NCBI GenBank assembly: GCA_028819545.1
Contig: JAPPLG010000028.1
Coordinates: forward strand, 5,646 to 69,645
From: Bdellovibrionales bacterium
Lineage (GTDB): Bacteria > Bdellovibrionota > Bdellovibrionia > Bdellovibrionales > UBA1609
DNA length: 64,000 bases
Direction: 5' to 3'
Part shown: piece after piece, positions 1 through 9,900 of the stretch
Layout of the letters: every line of letters begins with the position of its first letter
Position numbering within the stretch: position 1 is the stretch's first letter
Program-made: the position numbers and the translations under genes
Notes under the pieces: model-generated
The model's input: only the letters and a program-made list of their open reading frames with translations
Database searches by the model: none
Told to the model about the DNA's origin: nothing

Positions 1-11
1 TGAGGTATCCG

Positions 12-2432
12 CTATAGTTCAGAGCTTTCAATAACTGATTGGGCATCGGAAGACTCTCTTTGAGCTTTCTGTCCTGGTTTCAATTTGCAGGAGAGACAAA
101 TACCCCAGGCCATCAGTGTTTCTGAAATATTCTTTTTGGCGGATGAATTTTTAATTTCTCTGGAGAAAGCGTTCAAGTTAAAAGAGCTTTTCTCCGCAAT
201 TTTTTGAAAACTGTCCAAAACGTCTGTCTGCTGGGAAGGAGGTAGCCTTTTTACGGCATTTAAAAGTCTTTGAACAGAGCGTGTGGAGTGTTTTTGGAGT
301 AAGCTTTGAATGGATTCCACATATTGATTGTTTTCCTTGAGGATATTTTGCAGTTGATTGTCTCTTACACCAAAAGCGGGAGGTTCGCTTAAGGACTTTG
401 CTTTATTGATAGCAGAGCGAATTCTGTAAGCGTCAAAAACCCCCAAAGTCAGAGTCCATCCTGCATGAACCTGCTCTTTCACTTTGGATTTCCATTCGGT
501 TCTGATATCTTCAATGCTTTGATCGTCCCCCAATTGAGATAGATAAGCATTGAGCATGTCCTCCTGATTTCTGGAATGCCTGTTGATTTCAGATATTCTA
601 AAACTCAAATCAGCCGCAGTCAGCCCTATGCCTGTAGTTATGGAAAGATTTGTAGCCATGGAGATCGGAGCTCCTGTTCCCAAGGTGAGAATAGCCACTG
701 TTATAGATCCCGCTACAGAGCCAATCAAAAATCCTGTTTTTAATGTGCGTTTGAACTGTCTGTCATTTTCAATTTTTTCCGCGACTTTGCATAATACAGA
801 GGAGTATTCGGGGTTATCCAGCAGTACAGGGTTTATTGTTTGTGGACTGAATAAAATCAATTTTGACAGCCGGTCAAACCTTTGATCCTGATACCACTTG
901 TTTAAATCTTTTTCTTCAGAAGAGTCTTTTTGCAGGCGGTCCAGATACTCCTGATCTGTTTTATGTTTATTTCTTTGATCAGAAAGAAGCTCTCCAATGT
1001 TTTGGTCCATACGATGAAAACGCTCCTGTACAGCCAGGCGGGCTGTGCGGTCATCAATGGGTTCCAAGAGAGGAAAAGGTTCATGGTGTGTGAGTTCGGT
1101 TTCTTCAAACCCCATCAACCCCAACCCTTTGGCTGTTATTTTTTCAATCTCTTTAAAATTTGATTTATTTCTTACGACATCTGTTTGTAAGAGAGATCCT
1201 GCTCCACTTGCGTGCAAAAGAGCCAGCTCCCGTTTATATTCCAAAAAGAATGTTTTTTTAATCCTCTGTAATTGATCATAAAATTTTTTGCGCTGTAAAG
1301 AATATTCATGTTCAGCTTTTCTTTTTTCAGGTAAATTTAAAAAATCTGCTGGGTCTATACTCGGATTTTCCAAAGCCCATTGTTCTTCCAGCTCTTTTTT
1401 ATGATTATTATAATCCTCCAGTATGGAGTTAAGACTGGCTATTCGATAATTAATGTCAGCGGTAATGACCGGCGGACTCAAAGAGTCCATTTGATTTTCC
1501 CCCACCGGTTCAGGAGGAGCAGATTGAAACTCATAAACACTTGTCTTTATACATTTGTTCTTCCTTTGGTCTTTAAAGCACTCTTCATCCTGGTGAGAAA
1601 ATTTTGTTGGGTGTTGAATCAACTCCTTGGCATTGGCTGAAGTTACGGCATTGTCAATAATGTTGTTTATAATTTCTTTGTCTTTTTCACTGCAAATCCA
1701 GGTTTCTTTTTTTCTTGTCCTGCGGGCCTGGGTGGATGCAGGAGCATTTTCTGTGCAAAATTTGTCTAAAAGTTTTTGTTTGAAACTTTGTGTGTTGATA
1801 TTGTCGTCTCCTGTTTGTCTGGTAAACTTTATTCTGCTTTGAATGTTGGTTTTGAGTGCTTGTGAAAATAAATCATCTTCAAAAGAAGATTCTGTTGATA
1901 CATTTTCGGGGAGGACGGTTTCCTTTAAATGCTTTCCAAATAGAGCTATACTGTCCTTTGAAATAGGTGAAACAGATTTACACTCATCAGGATTTTCCAA
2001 ACCCATCGAAATATTGGATTGAGTACGATGTAAAATATCGTTTTTAGCTATGGATTTTTCTTTCGAGCAGGATTTTAGTTTTTTGTGAATATTTATAAAA
2101 CTTTTTAACCTGTGATATTCCTGGCCTAAAGGAGTGTTGATAAAATCAGGATTTTTCGTATCAACAGAACTTTCAGTTTTGTGCAACAGTTCTTCAAAGG
2201 GTTCAGAGTTGTCTTCCCATTGCATGTCTATCCAGCAATCTGTGTTATTTTTGCCTCTGTGTTTGTGATTATGGCATTTTCTTTCAGGCATAAGCAGGGT
2301 TATATTTTCATGAAAAGGTGAAAGTGTTTCATATTGAGACATTAACTCTGAAGTTTCTTCTGACCATGAAAAACTGTTTAATAAAATTGCAAAAAATATT
2401 ATAAAAAACACCATCGTACAGTCTGAATGCAA
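12..2432 (-). CDS. large hypothetical exported/membrane protein (806 aa)
   Basis: Long uninterrupted ORF. N-terminal hydrophobic signal-like segment (MVFFIIFFAILLNSFSWS). Gly/Thr-rich hydrophobic segment in the C-terminal third (GFLIGSVAGSITVAILTLGTGAPISMA). The rest is charged and helical with no catalytic motif I recognise. Start is ambiguous (TTG 2432 or ATG 2414). Confidence 0.6.
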   Translation of the reverse strand: MHSDCTMVFFIIFFAILLNSFSWSEETSELMSQYETLSPFHENITLLMPERKCHNHKHRGKNNTDCWIDMQWEDNSEPFEELLHKTESSVDTKNPDFINTPLGQEYHRLKSFINIHKKLKSCSKEKSIAKNDILHRTQSNISMGLENPDECKSVSPISKDSIALFGKHLKETVLPENVSTESSFEDDLFSQALKTNIQSRIKFTRQTGDDNINTQSFKQKLLDKFCTENAPASTQARRTRKKETWICSEKDKEIINNIIDNAVTSANAKELIQHPTKFSHQDEECFKDQRKNKCIKTSVYEFQSAPPEPVGENQMDSLSPPVITADINYRIASLNSILEDYNNHKKELEEQWALENPSIDPADFLNLPEKRKAEHEYSLQRKKFYDQLQRIKKTFFLEYKRELALLHASGAGSLLQTDVVRNKSNFKEIEKITAKGLGLMGFEETELTHHEPFPLLEPIDDRTARLAVQERFHRMDQNIGELLSDQRNKHKTDQEYLDRLQKDSSEEKDLNKWYQDQRFDRLSKLILFSPQTINPVLLDNPEYSSVLCKVAEKIENDRQFKRTLKTGFLIGSVAGSITVAILTLGTGAPISMATNLSITTGIGLTAADLSFRISEINRHSRNQEDMLNAYLSQLGDDQSIEDIRTEWKSKVKEQVHAGWTLTLGVFDAYRIRSAINKAKSLSEPPAFGVRDNQLQNILKENNQYVESIQSLLQKHSTRSVQRLLNAVKRLPPSQQTDVLDSFQKIAEKSSFNLNAFSREIKNSSAKKNISETLMAWGICLSCKLKPGQKAQRESSDAQSVIESSEL

Positions 2433-2594
2433 TGCTCCTTATATTATAATCGGTATTTAAGTGTGTATTTTGAGTTTTATAAAAAGCACTAAATGGAAGT
2501 TTTTACTCTTCTTGGACTATAGTATTGAAAAACAAATAAACATAAAGAATTCGCCTAAGCTGTACGATTAGTTTACAGTACGGAGGACTTTATT

Positions 2595-4079
2595 ATGTTG
2601 CAATGGGATCAATACCGCCATCTTCATGTGATTAGAAATTTGAGAGATTTAGTTGGAAATCTATGGAAGAGTGACATTGTTTTTTTAAATGAAGAAGGGC
2701 AATTTACAAATCCGTTAAATGAAAGTTATTTTTACAATAGCTCTGTAGCCGCTGTTCTTAAAGACTCTCATTTAAATAAGTCTTTATCTCGATTGTTGCA
2801 GGATCAAACTTCAAAATCCAAAGAATTGGTTTTATTGGAATGGGAGGAAACAGGAATGAGTGTACTAGCTGTACCTGTTTTCTTTAATCAAAAATGGCAG
2901 GGATCGGTTGGGGTTTTGGGTTTTGTGAGCCGTGAAGAACAAATCACCCGATTTAAATCTGTCGCGGAGAGTTTTAATATTAGTGATTTTTCTGTGAAAA
3001 TTGTTGATTCTAATCAATTGGGAATAATGAAAACTATTGTATCCAGTTTAACTCAGGAAATTATTCTGGTAGATGAAGTGGAAAAATCAAGAAAACATTT
3101 AAGAGACCAGTTTTTAAATTCTTCAAACAAATATGGAGATCTTGTTGGAAATTCACAATCCATGCAAAATCTTTATTCTATCTTGGATAAAATTAAAGAT
3201 TCAGACAGCAGTATCTTAATTCAAGGTGAAAATGGAACAGGTAAGGAGCTTGTTGCTCAATCCATCTATCAGAATTCCAAGAGAAAAAATGAAGCTTTCT
3301 TAGCTCAAAACTGTTCTGCTTTTAATGATAATTTGTTGGAGTCGGAGCTTTTCGGCCATGTTAAAGGGGCTTTTACAGGAGCTATTCAAGATAAAAAAGG
3401 TCTTTTTGAACTTGCAGATGGAGGAACATTCTTTTTAGATGAAATTGGAGACACTTCCTTAACTATGCAGGCCAAACTGCTTCGTGTTCTTCAGGAAGGA
3501 ACTTTCTTTAGTGTAGGCTCTGTCAAACCTAAAAAAGTAGATGTAAGAATTATTGCGGCAACCAATAAAGACTTAAATACGATGATGAAACAAGGTTCTT
3601 TTAGAGAAGATTTGTATTATCGTCTTAATGTGATCAATATAAAAGTGCCTTCTTTAAGAGAGCGTGGAGAGGATATAAAACTTTTGGCTGAATATTTCTT
3701 GTTTCAGGAATCTAAGGGGCAAAAGAAAGTTTTTGATCCTATGATTTTTGAGTCTTTTAACTCTTATGCATGGCCTGGAAATGTGCGCGAACTTCAAAAT
3801 GAAATTCAAAGATTAGTTATTCTATCACATTCCAATGAGAGAATTTCTAAAGAGCTGTTGTCCAATAAGTTTTTTGAGAAAGAAGACAGTATGTCGGCTC
3901 TGTCCAAAATTGACAGCTTAAAAAGAGCTGTAAAAAAATTGGAAAAGCAAATGATTGAAAGATGTTTGAAAGAAGAAAGCTGGAATAAAACCAGGGTGGC
4001 AAAAAAACTGGGAATTAGTCGAGCCGCTTTAATTTCAAAAGTGAAAAGTTACGAATTGGAAAAGAAAAGTATTGCTTAA
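2595..4079 (+). CDS. sigma-54-dependent transcriptional activator (bacterial enhancer-binding protein), non-receiver N-terminal sensory domain
   Basis: AAA+ sigma-54 interaction motifs GENGTGKELVAQSIY, ESELFGHVKGAFTGA, GGTFFLDEIG, RVLQEGTF. C-terminal Fis-type HTH (WNKTRVAKKLGISRAALISKVK). No phospho-acceptor receiver signature in the first ~170 aa. Confidence 0.9.
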   Translation: MLQWDQYRHLHVIRNLRDLVGNLWKSDIVFLNEEGQFTNPLNESYFYNSSVAAVLKDSHLNKSLSRLLQDQTSKSKELVLLEWEETGMSVLAVPVFFNQKWQGSVGVLGFVSREEQITRFKSVAESFNISDFSVKIVDSNQLGIMKTIVSSLTQEIILVDEVEKSRKHLRDQFLNSSNKYGDLVGNSQSMQNLYSILDKIKDSDSSILIQGENGTGKELVAQSIYQNSKRKNEAFLAQNCSAFNDNLLESELFGHVKGAFTGAIQDKKGLFELADGGTFFLDEIGDTSLTMQAKLLRVLQEGTFFSVGSVKPKKVDVRIIAATNKDLNTMMKQGSFREDLYYRLNVINIKVPSLRERGEDIKLLAEYFLFQESKGQKKVFDPMIFESFNSYAWPGNVRELQNEIQRLVILSHSNERISKELLSNKFFEKEDSMSALSKIDSLKRAVKKLEKQMIERCLKEESWNKTRVAKKLGISRAALISKVKSYELEKKSIA

Positions 4080-4110
4080 CTCTTAATAAAAAGTGTTCTA
4101 AGTTATTTCT

Positions 4111-4902
4111 ATGATAGATTTGATAAGAGCTTTTATCCTTGGGGCGCTTCAAGGGTTGGCTGAGTTTTTACCTATTTCAAGCTCAGGGCATTTAGCGGTG
4201 ACTGGCCTTTTTTTTCAGTTGGATCAGATATTTCTTTTTACTATTGCTGTTCATTTTGGAACTTTATGTTCTCTTCTTGTTTTCTACAGAAATAAATGTA
4301 TGAGTTTGATAAAAAATATTTTATCTCCACCCAAAGAAAATTTATTTTTTAAACTTGTAGTAGCCTCTATCCCTGTTATGTTAATTGGATTCTTTTTTTA
4401 TAGTTCTATACAAAAGTTATTTCATAATATGTATTTTATTTCTTTTAGTTTTATCTTTACAGCTTTATTTCTTTTAGGAACTTTTTTTGCCAAGAGGGGC
4501 AATAGATATTCATCTGATGTCGTGGATTCCAGTTTTGTATGTATTTCTTATACAAAAGCTTTTTTAATAGGGTTAGTCCAGGTGTTGGCTTTAGCTCCCG
4601 GAGTAAGTCGGGCAGGTGTGACAACAGGGACAGGTCTTTATCTTGGAGTGCCTCCCCGGACAGCCCTTGACTTTAGCTTTCTTTTGGGGATTTTTTCTCT
4701 TTTTGCGGCGTGTGCTTTGGAATTTATAGCTGGTTCAAATACCTTATTTCATTGGCCTTTTTTGATTGGTTTTTTAAGTGCATTTGGCTTTGGTTATTTG
4801 GCTCTGTATTGGATGAGGTCATGGGTTTTTAGTCTTTATAAATTTGGGTTTTATCTTTTACCTTTGGGGTTGTTGTTGTTTTTATATTTGTATTTGCAAT
4901 AA
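4111..4902 (+). CDS. uppP: undecaprenyl-diphosphate phosphatase (BacA/UppP)
   Basis: Polytopic membrane protein with the BacA motifs GLAEFLPISSSGHL and PGVSRAG. Confidence 0.9.
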   Translation: MIDLIRAFILGALQGLAEFLPISSSGHLAVTGLFFQLDQIFLFTIAVHFGTLCSLLVFYRNKCMSLIKNILSPPKENLFFKLVVASIPVMLIGFFFYSSIQKLFHNMYFISFSFIFTALFLLGTFFAKRGNRYSSDVVDSSFVCISYTKAFLIGLVQVLALAPGVSRAGVTTGTGLYLGVPPRTALDFSFLLGIFSLFAACALEFIAGSNTLFHWPFLIGFLSAFGFGYLALYWMRSWVFSLYKFGFYLLPLGLLLFLYLYLQ

Positions 4903-4965
4903 AATTTTTACTAAAGATATGAGGTCTTGACTTAAAGATCGTTTTCGTAAAAAACATGAAGATCA

Positions 4966-5038
<73 letters not shown>

Positions 5039-5238
5039 TATTGAAAAATCAAGAAGCTGAAAAGCTATTTGATTTTTCATCGGAAAAGGAATCGAAATGA
5101 GAGAGCGACTTGTGTTGAACGCGAGAGTGTTTAATACAAGGCAGAAAATCTGGATGATTTTCTGAGAGAGCGAAGTGAGCCTACGCAGGAAATGAACAGG
5201 ATGTGAATGACCATAGTAGGCGATTCCGTCCCGAGCCA
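5039..5238 (+). mobile_element. miniature tRNA-associated element, copy 1: terminator-like hairpin, ~130-nt conserved structured module, exact 18-nt repeat of the tRNA-Phe 3' end
   Basis: CGATTCCGTCCCGAGCCA occurs at 5021-5038 (inside the tRNA) and at 5221-5238. Hairpin at 5043-5078. Module 5093-5220 aligns without gaps to 55072-55199, with compensatory stem substitutions. Confidence 0.55.
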
Positions 5239-5275
5239 CATTTGATCTTCTTTTAGAAAAAGAAGCAAAACCAAT

Positions 5276-5306
5276 CTGTCATTCCGGACTTGATCCGGAA
5301 TCCAGC
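5276..5306. repeat. palindromic repeat module A (ATTCCGGA-CTTGA-TCCGGAAT core)
   Basis: CTGTCATTCCGGACTTGATCCGGAATCCAGC. Near-identical copies at 16713-16749, 16630-16666 (degenerate) and 30558-30587 (degenerate). Confidence 0.8.
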
Positions 5307-5312
5307 ACATGA

Positions 5313-5380
5313 AAATACTTTGTATAAGCGACTCAAGTCTCAGACACACAACTTGCTTGAGCCACTTATACAAAGTATTT
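5313..5380. repeat. hairpin (MITE-like) repeat, D family, short variant D1
   Basis: 16-bp terminal inverted repeats AAATACTTTGTATAAG / CTTATACAAAGTATTT with inner CTCAAG/CTTGAG. It is the reverse-oriented, internally deleted relative of 30598-30714. Confidence 0.75.
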
Positions 5381-5683
5381 CAATTTTTGAATATCAACTT
5401 GTTTGAGCCTTTATGTAGAGCATTTCTCTTCGATTCTACTTTTTATTTTCACTTTTAAAAGACTTCGTACAAGGGAATTAAAGTCAGACATGCAACTCTT
5501 TTATCACTTATACGGAGGTGTTTTAACTCAATCTTATAGCCTTTTTAAGATATGTTGTTTTAAATCCTGGTTTTTTGAAGGTATTTCCTATTGATTATAC
5601 CTATAGTTATAGACATAATAATGAATGACTTTGTTTCGGTTCTTTTGAAATTAAAAATAAGATTAAATTTAATAAGTGTTGAA

Positions 5684-6763
5684 ATGAAAAAGGTTTTATT
5701 TTTTTTATTTGTTAATTTTACTTTCTATATTGAAGGAGAAATAAAATTTTCTCACTCCAATCAGGATCTCTGTGTGCAAACACTTAATACCTATGGGATG
5801 TTTTACTCTGACAATCTGGAAGAAAGACATCAACAGACTTTAAGTTTTTTAAGACGACATGACTGCGATATTGTTTTACTTCAGGAAGTTTGGCAGGAGG
5901 AGCACTATCAGAATTTAAAAGAGTTATCCCAAGATATAAATATGAAAAGTGTCTATTTTAGAAAACCATTTGATGATAAAAAAAGCGGCCTTGTTGGTTT
6001 ATTTAAGGGCGGCGTTCAAACCAGTGATATATTCTATTTTCCTCCTGCTGTTCAAAGTGGTTTAGGTCTTTTATCTGATGTTTTTAAAGCGCTGGATAAA
6101 GGGTTTGGAATGGCACAAGTACATTCCTCTTGGACACCTCAAGATTCTTTGTTGGTTTTTAATTTTCATTTAAACCATATTTCTCAAATGGAAAGAGTAA
6201 ATCAGCTTTTGCTGTACTTAAGGTGGATTTTGGAAAATTCTTATCTGAATCAAGCCATTATTGCAGGTGGAGATTTTAACTTTGAGCCTGACAGTCTGGA
6301 ATTTCGTATTATAAGGAGTTTATTCCGATTTGAAAATCCTTATGAACAAATCAGAAAACAGCCTGAATGCACTCATTTGTGTGAAGATGGCGGGTATGAG
6401 GTTTTTAACTTTCTAGTAGGTGAAGGCATTAGAGACTACATTTTTTTTAGATCTTCACCACAAATGAGCTTTAATACTCAGGATGTTTTTGCTTTTCCTA
6501 AACATTATAATGATACATTTTTATCTGACCATTTTGGTTTGCGGGCTATTTTCCACTTGGGGGATTCTTTTGAAAAGCCATTAGAAGTTTCGGCTGAAGC
6601 AGAAGCTTTCAAAGAAAGAATAAAAGCATTTAAGTGGAACCTTCAAGAAGTGGAGTCTTTTTTTCTAAGTGGGTATGATACATCTTCAATGGGTTTTATA
6701 CAGTCTCTTTATGAAGATTTAGAGAATCCTGAAAGCAACGTGGTTCAATATCTGAAATATTAA
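5684..6763 (+). CDS. secreted endonuclease/exonuclease/phosphatase (EEP, DNase I / sphingomyelinase-like) family protein
   Basis: EEP motifs DIVLLQEVW, FNFHLNH, GGDFNFEP, LSDHFG. The ORF opens at TTG 5591, but ATG 5684 (MKKVLFFLFVNFTF) gives a signal peptide, so I take it as the start. Confidence 0.8.
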   Translation: MKKVLFFLFVNFTFYIEGEIKFSHSNQDLCVQTLNTYGMFYSDNLEERHQQTLSFLRRHDCDIVLLQEVWQEEHYQNLKELSQDINMKSVYFRKPFDDKKSGLVGLFKGGVQTSDIFYFPPAVQSGLGLLSDVFKALDKGFGMAQVHSSWTPQDSLLVFNFHLNHISQMERVNQLLLYLRWILENSYLNQAIIAGGDFNFEPDSLEFRIIRSLFRFENPYEQIRKQPECTHLCEDGGYEVFNFLVGEGIRDYIFFRSSPQMSFNTQDVFAFPKHYNDTFLSDHFGLRAIFHLGDSFEKPLEVSAEAEAFKERIKAFKWNLQEVESFFLSGYDTSSMGFIQSLYEDLENPESNVVQYLKY

Positions 6764-6885
6764 GATTGTGTTAAGTTTTTTTAAGCTCTTTTCAGTCTTT
6801 TTAATATTTTTAGTCTTCTTTTAAGGTTCAAAAAAGCTGTTTTTATTAATGATTGTATTCTTCTAAAAATTAGAAAGTGTAAAAT

Positions 6886-6900
6886 ATGTAAATTTTACAC
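6886..6900. promoter_or_regulatory. 15-bp palindrome ATGTAA-ATT-TTACAC (candidate operator), nested in the longer inverted repeat GTGTAAAAT-N6-ATTTTACAC (6877-6900)
   Basis: Read directly from the sequence. It lies 63 nt upstream of the 6963 start. The same motif class occurs at 14760, 31369 and 52670. Confidence 0.3.
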
Positions 6901-6962
6901 ACTATTGAAAAAAAATTTTATATTTCATGTATCGTATAGTATTTTGCTTTTAATCAATAAGG

Positions 6963-9900
6963 ATGTCGATTATGAAAAAGACGGATGTTTTTTCTGTATT
7001 TCAACATATATTTCAATATGTTCTGATTCTTTTATTTTCTTTCTTTTGTATTTTTTCTTATGCGGAAACTTATTATGAGATACTTGGAGTTTCTCCAAAT
7101 GCTTCTCAAAAAGAGCTTAAGGATGCCCGTAATAGTTTGGTGCGTGAATACCATCCGGATAAACACCCAAATGCGAGTGAAAGTAGGAAAAAAGAACTGG
7201 CTGAAAAAACGGCGGAGATTAATAGAATATATGAAGAATTGTCTAATCCGGAAACAAGAAGAGCTTATGATGCAGATTTAAGATCAAGGCAAAATGACAA
7301 TAGAGTTTTTCAAGATGACATAAACTTTGAAGGACGAACTCCTCCCCCAGAGGAAGTAAAAGATGCGAGAGATTTGAAAGATCTCTATTTAAAAGAAGCT
7401 CGGCCTGTTGAAATTCAAACCAGGCCTTTGGAAAATCCATATGAAGTTTTAGAAGTCGAACGAAATGCAACAGAAATGCAGATAAACAGAGGATATAGCA
7501 GTCTGGATCGTAAACTTCGTCGTGATTTACATAAGCAGTTTAGACGGCTACATAGAACCCCAAGAGACTCTGCGGAGAAAGCTCCTTTAGAGCAAAAAAT
7601 TGATCAAATCATTCAAAAACTTCACAGACTTTATTCGGCTCATCAGGTTTTATCCCATTCAGTTTTAAGGGAGCAGTGGGATCGAGACGGCCGGATGGCT
7701 CTTCGGGGAACCTTTCTGTCATTTAAAGATATGAGGACAGGTTTATTTGTTCATTACTTCGAAGGTTATGATGGCAAGTTGTACGATATAGCAGAGTCAA
7801 ATGACGGCAGAAGAATTCATTTGATTCGCAGAATGAATCAAGCTCCTCCTTTTATAGGTTCTGAAACACATATCACTGATGTTTTACGTCTTGATACAAC
7901 GTTAAAATATGCAGGTGAATCTTTTGAAAATATGAAAGATATAGAAAAGCCAAATATTGCAGAATTAGAAGCAAAAGAATCAAAAACTTCCCAGTTGTTA
8001 AATAAATATAGAGAAATAATTCGGGATCGAGTGGCACGTGTTATGAATCAAAAGCGCAATATGGATGGTAGAGGTTTGCCAGTGGTTTCTGCAAGTGATG
8101 GAAGCTCAAGATCTCAAAGCTCTTCTCATACAGGGAAAAATCTGACTCGTCCCGGACAAGTCACATTTAAAGCAAGTCCTAGTCAATTAACTTTTGAAAC
8201 TTTAGATAGAATGATTCATCCTTTTGCTGAAAACTCCACACATCAATTGAAATTAACAGAAGCAATGAGACAACTGCCCCCCAATATGCTGAGTTTTTAT
8301 GCGGCTCTGGGAGCCTATATGTTCAGTAGAACTTATTGGGATTCTCACACGTATGATGGGGTTGAGGTGGATCCGGAATGGGAGCAGTCTATAGTTACTG
8401 CCATTTCCACACCTTTAGGATTATTTAGTCTTGCGGCCTTTGTGGTTGTGTCCGGACAAGTGACTCGGGGAATAGAAGTTGCTATTAATAAATACGTTAA
8501 TGTTAGAAAAAATAAAGATCTGTTCATGAATGTCAGAGGGTCCAAGCTAACACCAGATAATGTAGCGGCCAGTCGCAAATATTTTGAAGAAATTGAAACA
8601 TCTACAAGAAGAGCTACTAACGCTATTCGATCTCTTAGAATGCCTTTGTCATTATCTGCAGGGATGATGGTCAGTATGGCTATTATGGAATTAAATTATG
8701 ATCCTAATGCAATAGCTTGTTGGGATGGAATGAGGGAGCCAAATAAAAGAGGTTATAATTTTATGTCGGCCTGTGATCGTTTTTATCAGGACTGGAGTAG
8801 TTTTATTGAATTTTTAATTGTAACTCCTATGACATTTGGAGCTCTTGTAGGGGCTAATAAATGGGTGCACCCGAATAAAAGAGCTTTAGCAAAGGGAGTT
8901 ATAGGTATGCTCTGGATTGCAATGATGACATTTGAGATCAATGGTGAATTTCAAGACTGGGGTAAATTAAAAGAGTGGGCTCCAATGATGGCGACTATGA
9001 TAGCAGCTGGACTCAGTTTACAAGGGCTTGGGTGGTCTTTAAAAAAAATTAAGGGGATATATGATGCTTTTCAACTTAAAAAAGCTTCAACAGCTCAAGG
9101 ATCTTCTTCGAAAACAAAAAATACAAATCCCAGGATTTCAACAAATACCCGTCCTCAGGCTCTTCTGGAAGATATTTCAAATAACAGACGTTCTTTATCA
9201 AGGGTTGCAAATACAATAAAAAATGGAACTTTCTCTGCGGGAAAACGTTCTTTACTGTTTATGGTCAGCAGATTTGGAGGTTTTTTTTCTAGCGCTTTCT
9301 CCATTGGTGTATTTATCGCTCTGGATCATCTTTGGCATCCATTGATTGGAAAAAAACTGAGAGATGGAGTGGGAAAAGATATTGTATATAAAAAAGATCA
9401 ACTGAATTCTTATATTACAGGTTCAGGTACATGGAGTGATCAAAAGAGGGATTTTACTTTTTGGGAGCTTTGGCCTGATCAGGAGTGCTCTATATCCAAC
9501 CCTGCAGAGATGGGTTATGTTGAGTTGATAGGAGAAGTAGCTTTTAATAATAATCGAAGAAACTGTGCTGGAAGATTTTTAGCCCATCAATTGGATGATT
9601 TTTCTTCTCTCTTTTCTGATTGGAGAGAAAATCAATTGGGCATGTTTCCGCAGAAATATGGAAATTGGTCAAGAGATATTTCGCCTCTATTATTTTGGCA
9701 TAATGAAAATATGCACATTTTAGAAAGTACAGGGATATTGCCTGAAGGGCGGGAGACAAATCCTTTTCAGCGTCAGGTTAAACAAATTGAAGAAAATTGG
9801 ACAGGAATTCAATATCATAATCTTTCATGGGGAGATCCTCGTAAGAATATAAAAGGAAGCGATGAAATAAAAAGAATAAAAGATGATTTGTTAATGAATG

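Noticed and set aside
583-1842. Cluster of 70-100-aa ORFs antisense to or overlapping the 806-aa gene, and similar short ORFs inside every large gene (e.g. 7060..7281, 32157..32462, 58065..58289)
   Set aside because: These are typical spurious ORFs of AT-rich DNA nested in long, well-supported reading frames. None has a start context or a recognisable motif.
5097-5165. Mini-ORFs inside the conserved module (5097-5165, 22 codons; 55076-55141, 21 codons), each preceded by AGGA-N6
   Set aside because: The frame and the SD-like AGGA are conserved, which is worth remembering. However, only about 9 of 21 residues are identical, and the substitutions follow stem pairing rather than codon degeneracy. 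RNA or DNA structure explains the conservation better than a peptide does. I do not consider this fully excluded.
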